A DNA stretch of 63,636 nt, the filler included, from Octopus bimaculoides (lineage: Eukaryota): NCBI RefSeq assembly GCF_001194135.2. It is 6 parts of 6 records of this genome, joined end to end, with 100 filler letters (N's around TTAATTAATTAA, not from the genome) between each part and the next. Parts side by side here need not be neighbours in the genome. Positions count along the whole stretch, not along the records: positions 1 to 24,279 come from NC_068989.1; positions 24,380 to 29,430 come from NC_069002.1; 4 more parts are not named here. The stretch is one strand, 5' to 3'. Positions within the stretch are counted from its first letter, which is position 1, and each line of letters begins with the position of its first letter. This document shows, piece by piece, positions 13,216 through 26,190 of the stretch. A program made the translations under genes and the position numbers. A model generated the notes under the pieces. The model was not told the DNA's origin and made no database searches. It was given only the letters and a program-made list of their open reading frames with translations.

Positions 13216-13679
13216 TTACGATCTTGTTGACTGGTTTTCTGTAATACAATGCTGTTTGTTGTTCCGTAGAAGACAGGTGTAGGTCGGATAAAACTCATGA
13301 TCTACCCAACCGTGACCATCCCAGCTGCTTTGCCCGCCTAGTACATTGCCTCTTTACTCAAACTGTTGGGATATTCTGGAAATTGATTTAGCTGCTATTT
13401 CTAGGAGTTTTACTGACCAGACAGAAGAAGCCACTTCGCTTTGTGATACTGCTACTTCAGTTACTTGCTATTGTTGTTGTTTGGCCGCATGTGTAGAACT
13501 ATACTGAGCAGCTCTTTGATTTATAGGATCCTAACCATGACCTTTGTAGGTATAGGGTAGCCTAGATTACATTAGCAGCCTTTTTTAGGCTATAAGCTCT
13601 GAGCTGAGGGATATTTAATAGCTATGTTTAGCGTCTCAAGCTCCATAATTGGTTTTAGAAAGTTATACAGTACGACTTA

Positions 13680-14152
13680 GCCATATTTCTCGTTTCTATA
13701 ACGGGTTCTGCTCTCCAGAGTTGACTGCGTTCATGAATGTCTTCAAGAAGAAACTTCCGTCCGCTTACTCGATCTCGCATTCATTCGACCCTCCCAGGCA
13801 CTGCACTACTCCTATTCACATTTCCTTCTTTTCATCCTCATGTGTCCAACCAACTCATGTCCTGCGCTAGTCATTACAACCATGTCTCAAAAAGTCCTGA
13901 ACTTGCACTAGTCTCTGCAACTAATTCCCAGGGATCCGCTTCGTGTGTCCGACAAACCTAGGCTCTGCACTAGTGACTATCATCGTGTCCCAAGGATCAC
14001 CGTTGTCTAATTAATCCAGGTCATGCACTTGTCACTACATCCCATTTTTTTTCTTTCCAAGTTGGGTGACTCACTGCAATTCCCACCCTGTGCATGTCTT
14101 TCCAGCAGGTGTTGACCTGCCAAAGCTCAAGAGAAACATTAATAGCATCAAT
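13680..14152 (+). mobile_element. CR1/L2/Jockey-group LINE 3' end
   Basis: SRFYNGFCSPEL and FFFPSWVTHCNSHPVHVFPAGVDLPKLKRNINSINL* resemble the consensus LFYRYYxGxCSxEL and FFPRxxxLWNSLPxxVFP. Followed by a (TAA)n tail. Confidence 0.65.
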
Positions 14153-14187
14153 CTAATAATAATAATAATCAAATATTACCACTACTA

Positions 14188-14259
<72 letters not shown>

Positions 14260-14279
14260 TTAATATTAATAATTTCAAA

Positions 14280-14480
14280 TTTTGCCACAATAGCAACAGT
14301 TTTGGTGGGGGGGGATGAGTCGATTACATTGACCCCAGTGTTCAACTGATACTTATTTTATTGATCCCGGAACTATGTAAAGTAAAGTTGACCTCGGCGG
14401 AATTTGAACTCAGAATGTAGCGATGGGCGAAATACCGCTAAGCATTTCGTCCTGCGCTCTTACGATTTCCCCCCAACTCA
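14280..14480 (-). mobile_element. SINE family B
   Basis: Reverse complement of GAAATGCTTAGCGGTATTTCG...TTCTGAGTTCAAATTCCGCCGAGGTC...CTGGGGTCAATGTAATCGAC. Confidence 0.8.
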
Positions 14481-15608
14481 CCACCTTTGCAATAGTTACG
14501 ATGATGATGATGATGATAATGAGGATGATCGTCCCGTCGGTTTCGACGTTTGAAGGAGAGGACCTAAAGTTAAACAGAGTAACAATAAAAAAAAAAGAAA
14601 AACTAGGAAACTGCATCTGTTTGCGATGGATGTGTGAATGCAATTTGAGTGCAGGTGTGGATTTTGCTATGAAGTCGCAATGAGGACGTTGATGATTTTG
14701 ATTTTGCCTGGAATTGGGCAAGTTGTTGTCTGTTGGCTGCAGGATATACAGGGTGGGTGAAAAGTAACTAGTCATTAGAAATTGCTTACAGAACTGTTAG
14801 CATCACTGAAATATATGAAGAAAAGATTTTTTAAACAGACAGCACAAATAGGTATTTCTTATTTTCTAATTGTCTTATCCTTTATTTCTTATTTTCCAGA
14901 TTCGCTTAACACTTCTATTCTTCTCTTTTTTTTTAACTCAGATTGTTTCGATGCTTCGTGACACATTTTGCGCCGTGCAGAACAATGTAAGCAATGACTT
15001 TCCTAAGATGTGAAGTTAAGCTGTAGAGAGATTTTAGTGATTGCTTCATCTAAGGACAAGTCTTCTTTTCCCGTGATAACCCTCCACTTGTTGGCCATAT
15101 AGAAGAATTTTTGGAATGCGGTCATTTTTCATTCCCATCTACCCATCTGCACTGAATTGTCATCAGCATGTTTTGATACTGAAGATATCACATTTTTCTA
15201 AGATTTTGACATTAGATATCTTATCTTGCCATTTTATGTTGCATATGTTGCGCAGACAGTTCATGTGGAAGGTTTCAAGTTTATACGTAGGGAGTTTCTG
15301 CCCCATACAAAAGTGTGCTCAAAATCCAATATTTGTATACACTTATTTGAGTTTTCTGACTGACATCGTGTTCATCCCACAAACGAAGGCAATGTTTTCC
15401 AAAATAAGAATCATAATCGTAATAATTCTTACTACTAAAGACAAGGCCTGAAATTTTGGGAGGAAGAGATTAAGTCGACTACATCGATCTCAGTGTTCCA
15501 CTCGTACTTCTTTTACCAACCCCGAAAGAATGAAAAGAAAAGTCGAACGAAATACCACTGAGCATTGCTCCGGGGGTGCTAACGATTCTGCCAGTTTGCC
15601 ACCTTAAA

Positions 15609-15682
<74 letters not shown>

Positions 15683-15692
15683 NNNNNNNNNN

Positions 15693-15900
15693 AAAACACC
15701 AGGACTTACAAATATATATAACATACAGAAAATTGCACTACTGGGCACTGCACACATTCTACGCAAAACACTTTCAATACAGTAAACATAAGAGCACCAC
15801 AGCAAACCACAGCACATACCCAAGGCGCACAGAGCTGCGCTCGGTAGTGAAGTGAAAGCACGTTATAAAAATAAAACTACTGAATAATAATAATAATAAT
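15693..15900 (+). mobile_element. R4/Dong-like non-LTR retrotransposon 3' end
   Basis: KTPGLTNIYNIQKIALLGTAHILRKTLSIQ* (restriction-like endonuclease C-terminus), then 3' UTR and (TAA)n. Confidence 0.85.
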
Positions 15901-16029
15901 AATGGAGCAACGTGAAAAAAGGAAAGAAACGCTCTACTCTTTGCATAAGGAGGCGATGAACAGCAAGACAGAAAGAAATTATACTGAAACACTGAACTCA
16001 TGTGACAACACTATAGACACGATCAAAGA

Positions 16030-17010
16030 GACAAAAAAGGCAGCATGAAACCATAAGTATGAGACATAATAAAGAAGAAATGAAGAGAAAAATCATTCTA
16101 TGACCAATACCTTGCAAAACTTGACAGAAAAGAAATGTACCTGAGTAAAATCAAACGTTGGCTTAAAAACTGTGAGGAAAAAGCAGAGATGGATGGACTG
16201 GTTCTTGCTGCACAAGACCAATGCCTGACCACAAACAAATATCAAAGCAAAGTAGTGAAAACAGGCTCTAACAATAAATGCGGAATTTGCAACCAGATAA
16301 TGAAACAGTTAACCACATCATCTCTGAGTGTCCAGAGCCAGCCAAATCTTAATATATATACACAGAAATGACCTTGTAAATAGTTCTATCCACTAGACAA
16401 TATGCTGACACTACAACATAAAAACGAACAAGATATGGGATGAACGTGTGCCAAACAAGGTACATGACAACGACCAGGTCACAATCATCTGGGAATATGC
16501 CAGTTCAAATTGACAAAGCAATAAAACCGTAAAAAGCAAGATTGAAAAAAAAAGAAAAACCGCCTTCTTACTGATAGACATTGCAAACATTTCTGACCAA
16601 AATATTGTCCTCAAAAGAAGTCGAGAGATTGTTAAAACACAAACAGGTTGAAATTGAAGTATTCTAGATGCGGAGCATGAAAGTGAAACAATACTAGTTA
16701 TAACAGGTTCATTAGTTATCATAAACAAAAAACGTATATACAAAAGGTGGAAGCTATACCTCGAACCTCAACACTATCCAAAATATAGTTCTGCTAGGAA
16801 CAGCTCACATCCCTCGAAAGACACTGTCAATCCAATAGTACAAACCGCAAACACAAGACACACTCTGTTCATAGATATTCAATAAAATAAAGATCCCCTC
16901 AAGCTGTACTCTACGTGTCGGATATCAAAGAGAATACAACTAGCATTACACACAACATACAATGCAACTAAAACTCGACCCAAAGCGCATAATAAAATAA
17001 GCTGATGCAA
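16030..17010 (+). mobile_element. Degenerate R4/Dong-like LINE, 3' kb
   Basis: KAEMDGLVLAAQDQCLTTNKYQSKVVKTGSNNKCGIC (CCHC knuckle region) and IVLLGTAHIPRKTLSIQ*, with many frameshifts. Confidence 0.8.
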
Positions 17011-17574
17011 TACATTACTGGGAGGAGTTTGTACTCCACGACAACAAAGAACAAGAACACATTATGGTGCACAAACCTCGGCAGCACGGATGTGTAGAAA
17101 GTGATGCAGTAGAAACTTGCCTGAAATTATCAAATGACGAATAACAATAATAATAATGGTCTCTCCGGTTGAACGACCTGCACAAATGATTTGGTTATAG
17201 TGATCAAATGTATGTTTTGTACATTACCTCACCCCCTCCATCACGTCGACGTTGTCTGAACAGTTGCACGGTGTACTGCACGTCAGGTGCCGAAATGACT
17301 GCAGGGAAACGTGAGGGGAAGTGTTTTGCTAAAGAACACAACGCACCACCCAGTCTAAGAATTTAAATCGCAATCTCATGATCGGGAGGACAACTCCCTA
17401 ACCACTAATAATAAATGACCTGATAAAATACCAGGCAGTGGTTCCGATGATTGCAAGTGTTATCGTCTCCAAACAGTACAAACACCCGGTACACAGTATC
17501 TTCAATCAACAACCTCACGATATTGTATACTGTGTGACGTCTATAATAATAATAATAATAAAAATAATAATAAT

Positions 17575-17875
17575 AGTCGACCTCGGCGGAAGTTGAACTC
17601 AGAATTTAAAGACTGATGTAATTCTCACGGCGTGCTAACAATTCTGCCAGCTCGCCGCCTTGATAAAAATAATAATTTTCTACTATAGGCACAAGTGGCG
17701 GTAGAGATAGTTGATTAGATCGAGCCCAATAATAAAATGGTACTTATTTTATCGACGCCGAAAGAATGAAAGCCAAATCGACCTCGGCGGAATTTGAACT
17801 CAGTACGTAGCAACGGATGAAAAACTGCTAAGCATTTCGTCCAGCGTGCTAACGATTCTGCTGGCTGGCCGCCTT
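17575..17875 (-). mobile_element. Two SINE family B copies
   Basis: GTGCTAACAATTCTGCCAGCTCGCCGCCTT head complement and GACCTCGGCGGAATTTGAACTCAG appear twice. Confidence 0.8.
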
Positions 17876-18235
17876 AATAATAGTTATAATAATAACAATG
17901 ACAATAACCATTGTCTTCAAGAACACGCAAAGAAAGATGTATGCGCTCTGTTCAGCTGTTTGTTATTAAAAGCAGCAGAAACTCCTTCACTTTACACTTA
18001 TTTGAAAATTCTGGACATCTTTCGTATTCGAAATGATCAACTCTGGAATGACTTTAATCATAAATCTTATAGTTTTGCACTGACCGAGAGTTAAGCATCA
18101 AAGCAGCAACAACACTTGTAATTCAAACACTACTGACACTCCTTGGGAAGGAAGTGTGGGGTGTTGAGGGAACATAAAGCGTAAGCGACAGGAATGTTTT
18201 ATTGGATGTTCTATAAGCTGAAAACAGCTGATCAA

Positions 18236-18589
18236 CAAAGGTGGGCACCGTTACTCGAAACTGTTCGATAATTAATTCTTTTAAAATGTAACAGAAGTTA
18301 TGAATAAACCGTTAACCGAAATAAAAAAAACAAGAAACTAATTTTTGCTCTAAAAGAACCTAAAACACGTTTAAAAATGTGTGCCAAATCTATAAAATCT
18401 GTTAACTTCAATTTAATTCAACTGAAGTTAATGGAAATTAAGTTGAGTTGACTTGAGTTAATGGAATATAATGTAACGGAAGTTAATTAGTCCGATAACA
18501 ATTTCCAAAAATTAAGTTAAATCGTTAATGAAAATGTTAACTTCGTTTATAAACGATTAACGGATTAACGGATCGGTTGTCCAGGTTTG
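18236..18589. mobile_element. Probable hAT-type MITE with GTTAAC/TAACGG subterminal repeats
   Basis: Imperfect TIRs CAAAGGTGGGCAC / TTGTCCAGGTTTG (9/13). 8-bp flanks CTGATCAA (18228-18235) and CTAATCAA (18590-18597) match 7/8. Confidence 0.55.
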
Positions 18590-19049
18590 CTAATCAATTG
18601 AAATTTCCCTCTTAGCTCGAGAAGAAATTCAACTCTGGTGACGATTCTCAGAGATTCGAAAGATAAGGGGAGATAATTTCAAATAACTATGAACAAAATA
18701 GATACTTGAAATAGTATACCTGATTCGGGAAAGGACCTAATGTTTAGGTATAAAAGACTTTATCAGCAGAATATAATCTCGTCAAGCCTGTTTTATCAGC
18801 TGGCAAATATTCACAAGTAATATTTAGAAGTGTTACAAGTAATATTTTGCAAATGAAAATTCCTTATTTAAACATTGACATGAGCTTAGGAAAAAAAAAT
18901 GAAAGAAACTCAAATGTAGCGCCAAATATAAATAAATAATTCAAGGCGTGATGTACTGAATGCCGAATGGTAAAATCGTAATTAACATTATACCCTTAAT
19001 TAAAGAGAGAGATAAAAAAGAAAAGAAAGACAGTAAGAAAGAAAGAAAC

Positions 19050-19245
19050 GTCGGGCGAAATGCTTAGCGGTATTTCGTCTGTCTTTATGTTCCGAGTCCA
19101 AATTTCGACGAGGTCGACTTTGCCTTTCATCCTTTCGGGGTCGATAAATTAAGTACCAGTTGCGCCCTGGGGTCGATGTAATCGACTTAATCCCTTTGTC
19201 TGTCTTTGTTTGTCCCCTCTATGCTTAGCCCTTTGTAGGCAAGAA
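19050..19245 (+). mobile_element. SINE family B (5' truncated)
   Basis: GGGCGAAATGCTTAGCGGTATTTCGTC...GTCGACTTTGCCTTTCATCCTTTCGGGGTCGATAAATTAAGTACCAG. Confidence 0.85.
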
Positions 19246-19825
19246 AGAAAGAAAGAAAGAAAGAAATTAAGAATATTTAGCTAAAAGAATAGGTGCGATA
19301 ATATTTTTACATTAAGAATTATTCTCTAAAAGTTAATTAACTGGTTCCAGGAAAAGTGTAAACTACGCTAGCAGTTAAAAGGAAACTTTGTGCATGTTTC
19401 CGTCTAGAAAACCTCATCAGGATGGTGTTATAACGTTTGCCATAGTAGAGTTCAGCCTACAACCACTTACGTGTGAGTATGACTTGGTAGTAAGTATCAA
19501 GCTTTCTCTAATTGTTTGAGTCATTTATGTAGCCACCAGCCGGTATATACGCCGTCTTGGCTCGCTCAAACATGACCCAACAGCTCATCTATGATATGAG
19601 AGCTGGAGAGAAAGAGAGCTACGCCGACATCCGGCCGAGGGTCGTACTCTCTTATGGTTGAGTAGACTGGGACAACAGTATGTGGCTGAGTACCCCCAAA
19701 AGTACCGGTCCAGTGATTGAAACCATGACTCCATGTTCTTGAGTGGATAATGCTAAGCCACTAGGCCACACTGTTTCATATTGCTGTTAGTAGCAGCAGT
19801 GATATAGTAATAATTTAATTTAGCT

Positions 19826-20396
19826 GTGTGGAGGCGCAATGGCCCAGTGGTTAGGGTAGCGGACTCGCGGTCATAGGATCGCGGTTTCGATTCTCAGACC
19901 GGGCGTTGTGAGTGTTTATTGAGCGAAAACACCTAGAGCTCCACGAGGCTCCGGCAGGGGATGGTGGCGAACCCTGCTGTACTCTTTCACCACAACTTTC
20001 TCTCACTCTTACTTCTTGTTTCTGTTGTGCCTGTAATTCAAAGGGTCAGCCTTGNNNNNNNNNNATCGCGGTTTCGATTCTCAGACCGGGCGTTGTGAGT
20101 GTTTATTGAGCGAAAACACCTAAAGCTCCACGAGGCTCCGGCAGGGGATGGTGGCGAACCCTGCTGTACTCTTTCACCACAACTTTCTCTCACTCTTACT
20201 TCTTGTTTCTGTTGTGCCTGTAATTCAAAGGGTCAGCCTTGTCACACTGTGTCACACTGAATATCCCCGAGAACTACGTTAAGGGTGCACGTGTCTGTGG
20301 AGTGCTCAACCACTTGCACGTTAATTTCACGTGAAGGCTGTTCCGTTGATCGGATCAACTGGAACCCTGGTCGTCGTAAGCGACGGAGTGCCAACA
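19826..20396 (+). mobile_element. tRNA-derived SINE family C (5' half redundantly assembled across a 10-N gap)
   Basis: GGAGGCGCAATGGCCCAGTGGTTAGGG...GGTTTCGATTC head and GTCGTCGTAAGCGACGGAGTGCCAACA end. Second copy inverted at 54678-55045. Confidence 0.8.
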
Positions 20397-20709
20397 TAAT
20401 TTAACTACTATTTATAATAGTTAAAATAGTCGGTGGTATTGTTGTAGCGGACATAGTAACCTGGTGGATGGTGTTTGTGTTGCAGTAATTACGGTTGCTT
20501 GACCTTGCTTTCCCACTTACCAACGACCAGTCAGGATCTATGATGTTTCTGATCAAATGCATTCCAGCCGTGACCATCCCTTTAGTTCTCCACGTGCAGT
20601 AATGCGAGCGCAACATAGTACTATTTGTCCCTCACTAAGCCAATGGGATGCTGCTTGGGCGAGATGTGACTGCTGTTTCAAGCAGATCGACCACGTGATA
20701 ACAGAAGCA

Positions 20710-20801
20710 TTGATGATGATGATGATGATGATGAATGATGGCATTGTTATCGGTGATGGTAGCTAAGTAGGCGTTGTATAGGGTTGGTGATAATGACTTT
20801 C

Positions 20802-20843
<42 letters not shown>

Positions 20844-21482
20844 ACAGCAGTAGCAGCAGGAGCATACGTTTTAGGCTCTTGATGATGGTCGTTGGGAAGA
20901 TGTGTTTGGTGGTGATGGTGGTGGAGAGGGTGGTGGGGTTGCTTTGTGCCGGTGATGTTGACAGCGTTAAATTCATTTTTTCCCCCTTAGTCACGTGCCC
21001 TCTCTAATCGATTGGACCTATGACCAAAGACGTTACAATCGCGACCATCTCGTATTATTTATTTTATTTTTTACACATTCATTACATCTAACACAACATT
21101 ATCAAAGATACCATTTCTCATGCATCTTTTTTTTGTTGTTGTTGTTGTCTGTTTCGGAAAACAAAGGTTTCGCTGCTGTTTCTGTCAGATGGATCCACTA
21201 TATATATATAGCTTCTTCCTGATCGATTCGTAGTATTGGCTGTTGTGATTATGGTAGCTTGAAGCAGTAGCAGCAGTAGCAGTAGTACTGATTCCATCTG
21301 GCAGCTTGTTGTTTACCACGTGACAATGCAAAGGGAAGCAACATGCTGTCACAAATCAGCTGCAACTGTAACTGTAACTGCAACACCAGCAGCATCGACG
21401 GCAGCTGTAGCAGCAGCAGCAGCGGTGGCCGCAGCAACAGGAGCAGCAACGGCAATAGTGACAGCGCAACAGGGGTAGTAGC

Positions 21483-21539
<57 letters not shown>

Positions 21540-21904
21540 TCTGGTCACCAGTGGTGGTGGTTGTGGTAGTAGTAGTAGTAGCGGAGGTGAGGGGTGTTTG
21601 TGGTGGTGTTTGTGGTGGTGGTAGTGGTGTTGGTGGTGGTGGTGGTAATGGTGGTGGTTGATGATTTTGCTTTAGCTGCTGCACCTGATGGGAATACGTT
21701 CCAGCTGTGGCCGTGTCGTCTGTTTCCCAGACATAATCCACACAACGTGACCTTCTATCTAGGAAATATATGGCGGTGATTTATCAGCTGTTTCTAGCAT
21801 TTCGTGTCACTACTTACCAGCACCCACCTGAACTAAGAGCACCAGCAGCTGAAGAAGCAGCGGCAGCAGCAACGGCGGCAGCAGCAGCAGCAGCCAGCAG
21901 CAGC

Positions 21905-21951
<47 letters not shown>

Positions 21952-21960
21952 CACCACCAC
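20710..21960. repeat. Compound trinucleotide low-complexity region (GAT, GTA, GTG, GCA)
   Basis: Directly visible simple repeats; source of homopolymeric pseudo-ORFs. Confidence 0.9.
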
Positions 21961-22122
21961 CAACATTGCAGTGGATGCATTTGTATTACATATAGAGATT
22001 GGAGAGATAAATGCGCAAATATAGATTGAGCAAATTCATATGACTAAACACGGCACAGACACAAAGACACATGCATAAATACACAGCCATACACACAAAC
22101 AAATAGGTGCATGTGCACATAC

Positions 22123-22154
<32 letters not shown>

Positions 22155-23139
22155 TGATACGCTCGCATACGCGACCGTGCATGCAGGTGTTCATTCACAT
22201 GCGTGTGTGCACGCACCTGTATGAATGTGTCTGTGTGTATTCAAGTACAGCTGTGTAAATCGTAAGTCGAATTACCTCCCTTTACACCAAAAAACGAGGT
22301 AAACCATCCATTTTAGAAATTACAGATCGATAAAATAAGTCTTAGATCAAAATAAATAGTGAGGATCGATATCATTAAATAAAACCTTACATAGANNNNN
22401 NNNNNNNNNNNNNNNNNNNNNNNNNNNNNNNNNNNNNNNNNNNNNNNNNNNNNNNNNNNNNNNNNNNNNNNNNNNNNNNNNNNNNNNNNNNNNNNNNNNN
22501 NNNNNNNNNNNNNNNNNNNNNNNNNNNNNNNNNNNNNNNNNNNNNNNNNNNNNNNNNNNNNNNNNNNNNNNNNNNNNNNNNNNNNNNNNNNNNNNNNNNN
22601 NNNNNNNNNNNNNNNNNNNNNNNNNNNNNNNNNNNNNNNNNNNNNNNNNNNNNNNNNNNNNNNNNNNNNNNNNNNNNNNNNNNNNNNNNNNNNNNNNNNN
22701 NNNNNNNNNNNNNNNNNNNNNNNNNNNNNNNNNNNNNNNNNNNNNNNNNNNNNNNNNNNNNNNNNNNNNNNNNNNNNNNNNNNNNNNNNNNNNNNNNNNN
22801 NNNNNNNNNNNNNNNNNNNNNNNNNNNNNNNNNNNNNNNNNNNNNNNNNNNNNNNNNNNNNNNNNNNNNNNNNNNNNNNNNNNNNNNNNNNNNNNNNNNN
22901 NNNNNNNNNNNNNNNNNNNNNNNNNNNNNNNNNNNNNNNNNNNNNNNNNNNNNNNNNNNNNNNNNNNNNNNNNNNNNNNNNNNNNNNNNNNNNNNNNNNN
23001 NNNNNNNNNNNNNNNNNNNNNNNNNNNNNNNNNNNNNNNNNNNNNNNNNNNNNNNNNNNNNNNNNNNNNNNNNNNNNNNNNNNNNNNNNNNNNNNNNNNN
23101 NNNNNNNNNNNNAAGAATTTCACAACAAAAGAACAGGAT

Positions 23140-23750
23140 ATCATGATTGACCTCGAGTGGACATTTGACCTCAGCCACTTAGGCTACATCTCCTAATGAT
23201 GGTCACAATAAAATTAACGGTGGAACCCGAAGCAATCCAGCAACGCCATAAAAAAGATCATCTTGCTACTGTGACAGCCCGAAATGGTTCAGTTTTATTC
23301 TCAAGAACGAAATGCCGATATAAATCTGGAAAATCTAAGCATTTGTACTAAACTTTGGCATTGTGGGTTACACAAGCAACAGAACAAGGCGTCACTGAAT
23401 AATGCCAAAGATCCCAACATCGCCATCAAGATAGGGCCGGATAGTGCAACAGCTTGGCTTTCAATGACCCGTAGCTTTTCAGTATCCTCTCAAAAGATTT
23501 ACATAGGGTTCAATGTTAGTGTCTCCTAAGCAAAACTGGATTGCCTTCTCTTAAGATTTCTGGATGAACTTACCTCGAGGCAGGAAACGCAAATGTGGGT
23601 AGCAACTTCAAACTCACTCAAGAACCAACCGCAACATAACAGATAAGGTTTCACATAGTGAAAATGTAGCAAATCTAACGGCGGTGCTCTCGAGCATGCA
23701 GTGACACTCATAATGTATATCAACAACATGTTCGACGCAACCCGCTATGA
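23140..23750 (-). mobile_element. Possible highly decayed LINE RT fragment (CR1-like)
   Basis: Scattered minus-strand motifs FPASR*VHPEILREGNP, LCKSFERIL, CLDFP and WIAS weakly follow RT domain order; many stops. Confidence 0.35.
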
Positions 23751-24237
23751 ACTTAGAATGTAGACAGCGAACTAATATACAGAGATTTAAACTTAAGAGT
23801 TGTGCGCGATCCGGTTCGTTTTTCTAATATTTCGGACTGGTAACGGAAGTCGTAAATTTCTTACTGCATTTTAGTTGAAATATACTATATTAAAATACGC
23901 AGCAAGTAGCTACCTTCTCGATCCTGAGTATGAGCGCGAGCATGTGTATGTCTGTGAATAAGTGTGTAATAATGAACAGAGAAAACGTAGTTGATATTTA
24001 ACCTTTATAAAATATACACGCTGCCATTATTACGCAAGAAATCTAGCCAGATGCTTGATGGCGTAATACAACCGATGCTTATTCTCATCGTTCGCAACGA
24101 AGAATACAAAGTTTAGTGGAATGCTTACCCTAATATATTCTGCCTATGTAAATTATATTGAAACCTAATATTTGGTTACGTGTCATGCCTTCCAGCACAT
24201 TACTATATTAGACACAACACATATACATAAAATTGTT

Positions 24238-24279
<42 letters not shown>

Positions 24280-24379
24280 NNNNNNNNNNNNNNNNNNNNN
24301 NNNNNNNNNNNNNNNNNNNNNNNTTAATTAATTAANNNNNNNNNNNNNNNNNNNNNNNNNNNNNNNNNNNNNNNNNNNN

Positions 24380-26129
24380 ATAAGTTAGAAATCATGTTGG
24401 TGTTATGCCTAGGGTGTCATATATATTATTATTATTATTATTATTATTATATGTTTTACTTTTGCTTTGTATTTGTACAAGTTGGCTCCAAGTCTCACCC
24501 AGAGACAATAAGTTAGAAATCATGTTGGTGTTATGCCTAGGGTGTCATATATTTGGTTTTGCACAGCTCTAGAGAATGATTGAAAAAAAAAAACATAAGA
24601 AAATTGTGAGTTTGTTTTAAATTTTGAGATTACATAGACAATATTTTATGTAGGATACGGGCAGTTCCTATGTGCACTATCTTTTGAATTTCTGCCATTT
24701 TGGGGTTCCTGGTATGTGAGCTAGGTAGGAATCGGCCCCTTTTGCTATCATTCCTAGGGCACCTATGTCAACAGGTATTGTTTTAGTTTTGAGGTTCTAC
24801 ATTTTGCCAATTTCTATTTCAAGATCTTTATACTTGCTCAGTTTTTTTGGTTGGTCTTGACAGATACATTTATCTTGATTGGGAGTTATATCAATGAGGA
24901 AGCATGATTTTTGTCTGAAGTCTTTCAATACGATGTCTGGCCTATTTGCATCTATCTTTCTATCAGTTTGAACGGTGAAGTTCCAGAGGAGTGAGATGTG
25001 ATCATTTTCAAGCACCAGAGGTGGTTTGCGTTCCCACCAGTTTTTATCATGGAGCAGGTCCAGGTTTTTGCAAATTACCCAGTGAATATATTGTACCGCT
25101 CTATCATAGTGAGATACTCTGTAGGCGCAAGAAGACTGCACACGGAGACAACAGGATCAATGGTTTCATTTTGTTGTTTACATACACGACATGTTGGCCT
25201 ACTGCCGTTCTTTAATATGCTGGCCTAGTAGTTTCTTGAAGGTAGGCATTGATCTTGGACTGCTATGATAAAACCTTCTGTTTCCGATTTTGAGCCAGAA
25301 TACCCTAACCATTGGTGAGTAGGGGCTTTGTCAACATCGGCATTATCATTATTAGCTTTCTTTGGGTATTTGTCATTGAGAGGTTTTTCTTGCCATTTAT
25401 CAGTCAGAATATCTAAGGCAACAGTTTTAGCACGGGTTTTCATACGCTTAGCTTTTCTGTGCTTGTATCTAGTACGTCTAATTCTTGAATTTGTTGTATT
25501 TGAAATTCACTTAGATATTCCTTTGCTTTTGTTACTGAGTATGATGCTTCCTTGTTTTCATGCTTTGAGACACGTTTTAACATCAGTCATCAGAGTTTTT
25601 TAGGTAGGTGTCCAGGCCAACTGTGGAAATCTTCATTGTTAATTCCAGTTGAAAGAGTCCACGGCCACCCTCTTTTATTGGCAGATAAAGTCGAACTATA
25701 TCTGCCTTAGGGTGGTGCATTCTATGCATTGTCAACAATTTTCGTATTTTTCTGTCAAGATTACATATTTCAGTAATTAACCAGTTAATGATATTGAAAC
25801 TGTAAGTCACGACTGTTATGACTAAAGCATTGATCGCTTCAATCCTGTTTCTTGCATTCATCTCTGTCTTGATTATTGTTCTCACCCTGCGATAACATTC
25901 TCTTCTGATCCTTTCCCTCATCACTGAATGTTTGATTCTGTCCACTTCAAAATCCAATAGGTATTTGTAGCTCTCCGCTGGTTCTAATTCCTTTATGACA
26001 TTCTATTGGTCAAGATTAACATTGGATGTTTCTGTCATATTTCCTTTAATAGAGGTCGCTTTTGCACATTTATCGAGGTCAAATTGCATCCTGATGTCAT
26101 CACTGAATTGTTTAACAATCGCTAGTCGC
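24380..26129 (-). mobile_element. 5'-truncated R4/Dong-like LINE flanked by (TAA)n at both ends
   Basis: FSDDIRMQFDLDKCA, SYKYL, HPKADIVRLYLPIKEGGRGL, KSETEGFIIAVQDQCL, YHDRAVQYIHWVIC, RKIDANRPDIVLKD and KYKDLEIEI (RT, knuckle and PD..D endonuclease) over several broken ORFs. The 3' UTR ends in (TAA)n. Confidence 0.9.

Positions 26130-26190
<61 letters not shown>

Noticed and set aside
19826-19915. tRNA-like A/B-box sequences at SINE heads
   Set aside because: They continue into SINE bodies and are multi-copy and degenerate; no full cloverleaf could be supported, so they are not called tRNA genes.
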